Source of the DNA: Paraphysomonas bandaiensis
Taxonomy: Eukaryota > Protista > Chrysophyceae
NCBI GenBank assembly: GCA_965644295.1
Contig: CBFFRP010000297.1
Coordinates: 806,001 to 870,000 of the forward strand
Length of the DNA stretch: 64,000 bases
Direction: 5' to 3'
The position numbers and the translations under genes are program-made. Numbering within the stretch: the stretch's first letter is position 1; each line of letters begins with the position of its first letter. This document shows positions 63,186 to 64,000 of the stretch, piece by piece. Below the pieces are notes generated by a model that did not search any database, was not told the origin of the DNA, and saw only the letters and a program-made list of their open reading frames with translations.

Positions 63186-64000
63186 ATGAAACAGTATACT
63201 GCAGTTACAATGCAGCCAGATGAGAGTTTTGAGGACCCTCTTATCGTTAAAGTAGAAGAAACCGTTACTTCAAATAATCATCCTGTTAAATTTTATGAAT
63301 CTCTTTGTATAAAATATTTTGGTACATGGTGTTGTGGACTAGGAGTCTTATTACTTGTATTCTTTGGGTTGGCTATACTGGTGTCTCCTTTAGGTTTGCT
63401 TTGTGCCGCTCTTGCACCAGGAGTGCTTATATTGCTACTAACACGTCATTATTACAGCGAACAAGTCACTCAAGGTCAAATGATAGGTAAACGTTTATAC
63501 ATTACTTGTTTTGTAAGGTTCTAATCTATTTGGTAGTTTCATTTTTTGAGTGTATACTCTGGATGATACCACTGCTGGCTTGGGATATGACGTGGCAATT
63601 CGCTATCGTCCATAAGTTGAAGGATGGGGGACTCTGTGCCATGTGCATATTTGCCTACATTGTCAACTTTTATTTCTTTGCTGGATTTTGTGAGGAATTT
63701 GTCAAGTTTTTGGTTCTTCGGCGAATTCAACACTCCTGCTTGACGAGTGACTGGAGAGCACTTCTTGTTTATGGAATATCTACTGGATGCGGATTTGCCA
63801 CAGCTGAGAATATAATGTACGTGTTTAGTGGAGGCTATGCTACTGCAGTTGTTCGGGCTTACATGTCTGTACCATTGCATTGTACTACTGGGGCGATTCT
63901 TGCTCTCGCCATCGCTAAGAATCGCACTGAGGTTTCACCAGCGCCTTTCTGGAATGGTATATGAACGTGTGTAGTGTATATATGTTTGCTTACTTTATAT
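63186..64000 (+). CDS. PrsW-family intramembrane glutamic/metallo-type protease (3' end probably beyond the window)
   Basis: Intron 63487-63536; motifs AGFCEEFVKF, GCGFATAENIMY and RAYMSVPLH in a multi-TM context. Confidence 0.85.

Noticed and set aside
1-64000. CRISPR arrays, rRNA/tRNA genes, non-standard genetic code
   Set aside because: No regularly spaced repeat-spacer array or recognisable structural RNA gene; conserved genes translate cleanly with the standard code once introns are removed.

Overview
Gene-dense eukaryotic nuclear DNA with short GT-AG introns (mostly about 45-60 nt), AT-rich intergenic regions and (TATG)n tracts. Gene content and transposon types suggest a stramenopile-like protist (inference). 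About 17 protein genes are supported: a ~3,280-aa polytopic membrane protein with 15 tandem PH domains, an RBR E3 ligase, a calpain carrying UBM-like, zf-GRF, NLS and PIP-box motifs, an EF-hand protein, a purple acid phosphatase, an RNF212/Zip3-like RING protein, SPC24, IMP3, SAE1/AOS1, an LRR receptor-like protein, two inverted YbjN-like copies, an ankyrin/TPR/SAM-like protein with an internal duplication, a STIM-like EF-SAM-FN3-TM-FYVE protein, a PrsW-type protease and two unknown genes. There is also a DUF885-like fragment. Intergenic DNA holds decayed hAT elements with CAGGGC-type termini, two MITE-like families, a Copia-like remnant, a 120-nt hairpin and two long (ATGT)n arrays. The best candidates for undescribed biology are (1) a calpain with the targeting motifs of a PCNA/ubiquitin/ssDNA-guided DNA-repair protease, (2) a STIM-like luminal Ca2+ sensor with a FYVE-type finger in place of the Orai-activating coiled coils, and (3) the multi-TM/15xPH giant. 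No rRNA, tRNA or CRISPR array was seen. All domain calls were made by eye, not by database search.
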